DNA of 64,000 nucleotides from Anolis carolinensis. Lineage: Eukaryota. Each line of letters opens with the position of its first letter. Within the stretch, counting starts at the first letter, position 1. The position numbers and the translations under genes were made by a program. Shown here in pieces: positions 61,119 to 64,000 of the stretch. The stretch is from NCBI RefSeq assembly GCF_035594765.1, contig NC_085846.1, positions 54,671,190 through 54,735,189 of the forward strand, read 5' to 3'. The notes under the pieces were generated by a model. The model made no database searches, was not told the DNA's origin, and saw only the letters and a list, made by a program, of their open reading frames with translations.

Positions 61119-63017
61119 CCCTAGGTGATTTATGGTGCATGTACAAACTTTGGCAAGTTTATTGGGAAGTCACCTGAAATTTTGTTTTCTACGAACTCTA
61201 CCACCAAGTCAAAGAGTTTATAAAACTGATCAAAGCAGGCACTTTTTGAAAGCTGACAAACTTCTGTATGAAGCAGCAAGCAATTAAATTCAATACAAAA
61301 TTGTCCAAACAACCTGTCATTCAATTAATTGCTTCTAATTTTGTTGATTGCTTTAATGACATTATGTAATAACCTATGCAGGCATTCACTCAGATTCTAG
61401 GCACCCTATAAGCACCCTATCATTGCTAAAGTACTATCCTAGCAACTGACAAGATATTGCTCAGGGGGGATTTCTTTTTCTTTCTTTCTTTCTTTCTTTT
61501 TTTAAAAACCCTCCTCCAATGCGTGAAATATCAATTCTGCTTTAATATCAGTTTGGATTTTTTTCTTCGTTTCTGGATTACATGTATATCAAAAAGTTGA
61601 CTAGCTGATACTCAGATGGAATAATTTTATACTCTCTCCTCTCTCCATTTAGTTGGGGGCTTTTTGCCTTGGAAAAAGTTTTATTACTTATTTATTTTTG
61701 CTTTTGGTTTACCAATTTTTTTCCCATCAGAAACTGTGGTTAACACTAGCTATGATCAATTTCAATTTAAGCAACTTTAAACCAACTGCCTTGTTAGCAC
61801 CGACCACAAACAACTCCCTTAGCCATGCAGAAATAAAAGCAGGACCAAACCAAAGCTCATGTGCACTTGAACTAAATCATGGTTTACCAAAACTTCCAGT
61901 ATTCTGGGCTAGATGAGAAGTGAGAATCACAAAGTTCTTCAGATATTGTAGAGCATTTTCCCTTCAATCATCCCCACTGTCTATGCTGCTAAAGGTTACA
62001 TCTCAAAAAACACTTGGAGAACTGTAGTATTCCCACTGTTGGTATAAATTCAGTGGTTAGTCTCAACTACAGTAGGTCAATGGGAACTTGATTAGTCAAC
62101 ACGTAAGCTTTACTCTAGTTCGGATTACAATTGAGTTTAGGGCATTGTGCATCACACAATAACTGTTTTAAATTCCAGGAATCCGGTGGCAATTCTGTGT
62201 GAAGCTAAAATGGCATTTTTTTTCTGTCTAAGTCTACCAAAATGACATAAATTACATAAATACCTTTCCCCCCCCTCTCTCTTTCACATTCACAGTCTCT
62301 ATATATGCTAGAAATGCAAGCCTAAAGAGAACAAAACAAGGTTCCACTTGAAGCTAAATAAAAATGAAATAGCATACTTGCTTCTTAAAATTTCTTCTAC
62401 ATTCTATTAGAGTTGAACTGCAACAGTTTATCAGATATTTAAAAAAAATAAAGTGTTATATGAAATAAAATACAGTACAACATAAACGTGAATTTCTCTC
62501 TTTTTTTCCTTCTTTTTTTCCAAATCAAATTTTAAAAGTCTGCTTTTGTCCTGCTCACCTCCTGTACCACAAAAGTGCTTTTAAACAAATACCAAAAAAG
62601 AAGAAAAAACAGACTGCCATTCTATTATAGAACAACTGCTGTTTTCTTTAGCAAAATAAACCACAAGGAGAAAGTAGAGGAGGTTTCTGTTAGTACAGAC
62701 CTCAATAATGGCTGGTTTGTTTTTTTATGGAATGATCCTCTTTGGTTTGAAGCTTGAGCTAAATCTTCATAATTTATTGTGACTTCATTAAACCTACTAT
62801 TTCTTTTATGGCACAACCACTAATCTTGAATGATAGATCAGGATTTTAAAATTCTCCATGTTGCTTAAAGGAACTTTTAGATATTTGGAGACAAACTTAA
62901 AAATGCCTCTTTGCAATTCCTTGCATCATGATATAAAGGCACATACATGACACAATTCTCAGACTGGCCTACATAGTATTTTGTATCTGGCTCTTTAAAG
63001 GTAATGTAGGGTCACTT

Positions 63018-63351
63018 GGAGCCTCCGGTGGCTCAGTGTGTTAAAGCGCTGAGCTGCTGAACTTGCAGACCGAAAGGTCCCAGGTTCAAATCCGGAGAGC
63101 GGAGTGAGCGCCCACTGTTAAGCTCCAGCTTCTGCCAACCTAGCAGTTCGAAAACATGCCAATGTGAGTAGATCAATAGGTACCGCTCCGGCGGGAAGGT
63201 AATGGTGTTCCATGCAAGTCATGCCAGCCACATGACCTTGGAGGTGTCTACAGACAATGCTGGCTCTTTGGCTTAGAAATGGAGATGAGCACCAACCCCC
63301 AGAGTCGGACACAACTGGATTTAACGCCAGGGAAAACATTTACCTTTACCT
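63018..63351 (+). mobile_element. Sauria SINE, full length
   Basis: 11-bp TSD TAGGGTCACTT (63007-63017, 63352-63362), A/B boxes and an ACCTTT tail. Confidence 0.95.
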
Positions 63352-63483
63352 TAGGGTCACTTAATTAGAGAAGACATCATCAAGTCTGCTTCCAGTCAGT
63401 GCTGAAATCCACAAATGAAGAATTCTTGAGAGGTGAGCATTCCATTTCTGTTTAAAGCTTTCCAAAAAAAAGTTTGTCACCCT

Positions 63484-63520
63484 CCAAGTTTGGTCCCATC
63501 TACCAAGTTTGGTCCCATCT
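63484..63520. repeat. 19-bp-period tandem duplication
   Basis: CCAAGTTTGGTCCCATCT occurs twice. Confidence 0.9.
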
Positions 63521-63612
63521 GCAGCTTCAAACTGCAGTGGCCAGACAACAAACCCCCACAAAAGTGTGTGAAAAAGTGCCCTTAATGTGCATTGGTGCTC
63601 TGTAGTTGTATA

Positions 63613-64000
63613 CAGTGTTCCCTCACTTATCGTGGGGATTACATTCCAGGATCAACCACAATAAGTGGAAATCCGCAAAGTAGAATTTTAATATTTATAC
63701 ATTATTTTATTTACCCCATTGCTGCTGCTTCTCCTCCTCAGAGCTGCTCCCTTGCTTCGGCCCTGCCATGTGGCTCTGGCTGCCTCTGCCAGGGAAGAAG
63801 TAACACTGCTCCACTCGGTGAGTGAGCGAGGGAGGGAGAGTGGCAGTGGCGGCAGAAGAGCCTGGAAGAGGCAGCCAGACTTGTCTTTTGCTGCCGCTCG
63901 AGCCAGCCATGCCGGGAAACGTGGAGAACTCTGAGTTCTCCATGAGTCCCACCCCCTCTTCCAAGTCCTCCACGTTTCCCAGCATGGCCAGCTGGAGCGG
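63613..64000. mobile_element. Tigger-like element, left part, probably running out of the window
   Basis: TA + CAGTGTTCCCTCAC TIR and a first ~100 bp similar to 11157, followed by a different GC-rich interior. Confidence 0.7.

Overview
This is a eukaryotic, AT-rich, repeat-dense vertebrate window. The repeat content points to a squamate reptile, very likely an Anolis lizard (inference from Sauria SINEs, BovB/RTE, CR1, L2, Vingi, R4/Dong, L1, Penelope-like elements, solo LTRs and many hAT, Tc1/mariner-pogo and PIF/Harbinger-like MITEs). No host protein-coding gene can be identified with confidence, so the window looks intronic or intergenic. The only clearly protein-like ORFs are truncated retrotransposon remnants (R4 58004-58750, BovB, L2, CR1, Vingi, L1). 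There is no CRISPR array, rRNA or genuine tRNA. The most notable structures are: an inverted Penelope pair carrying two minimal hammerhead ribozyme motifs; a self-complementary 90-bp minisatellite inside a non-autonomous hAT; a foldback element with ~138-bp TIRs; three LINE/SINE 3'-tail partnerships; several nested insertions whose order can be read from exact TSDs; and a weak, unverified set of minus-strand exon candidates. I did not find a convincingly new biological system. Family names come from recognition of motifs, not from a database search, and many boundaries are approximate.
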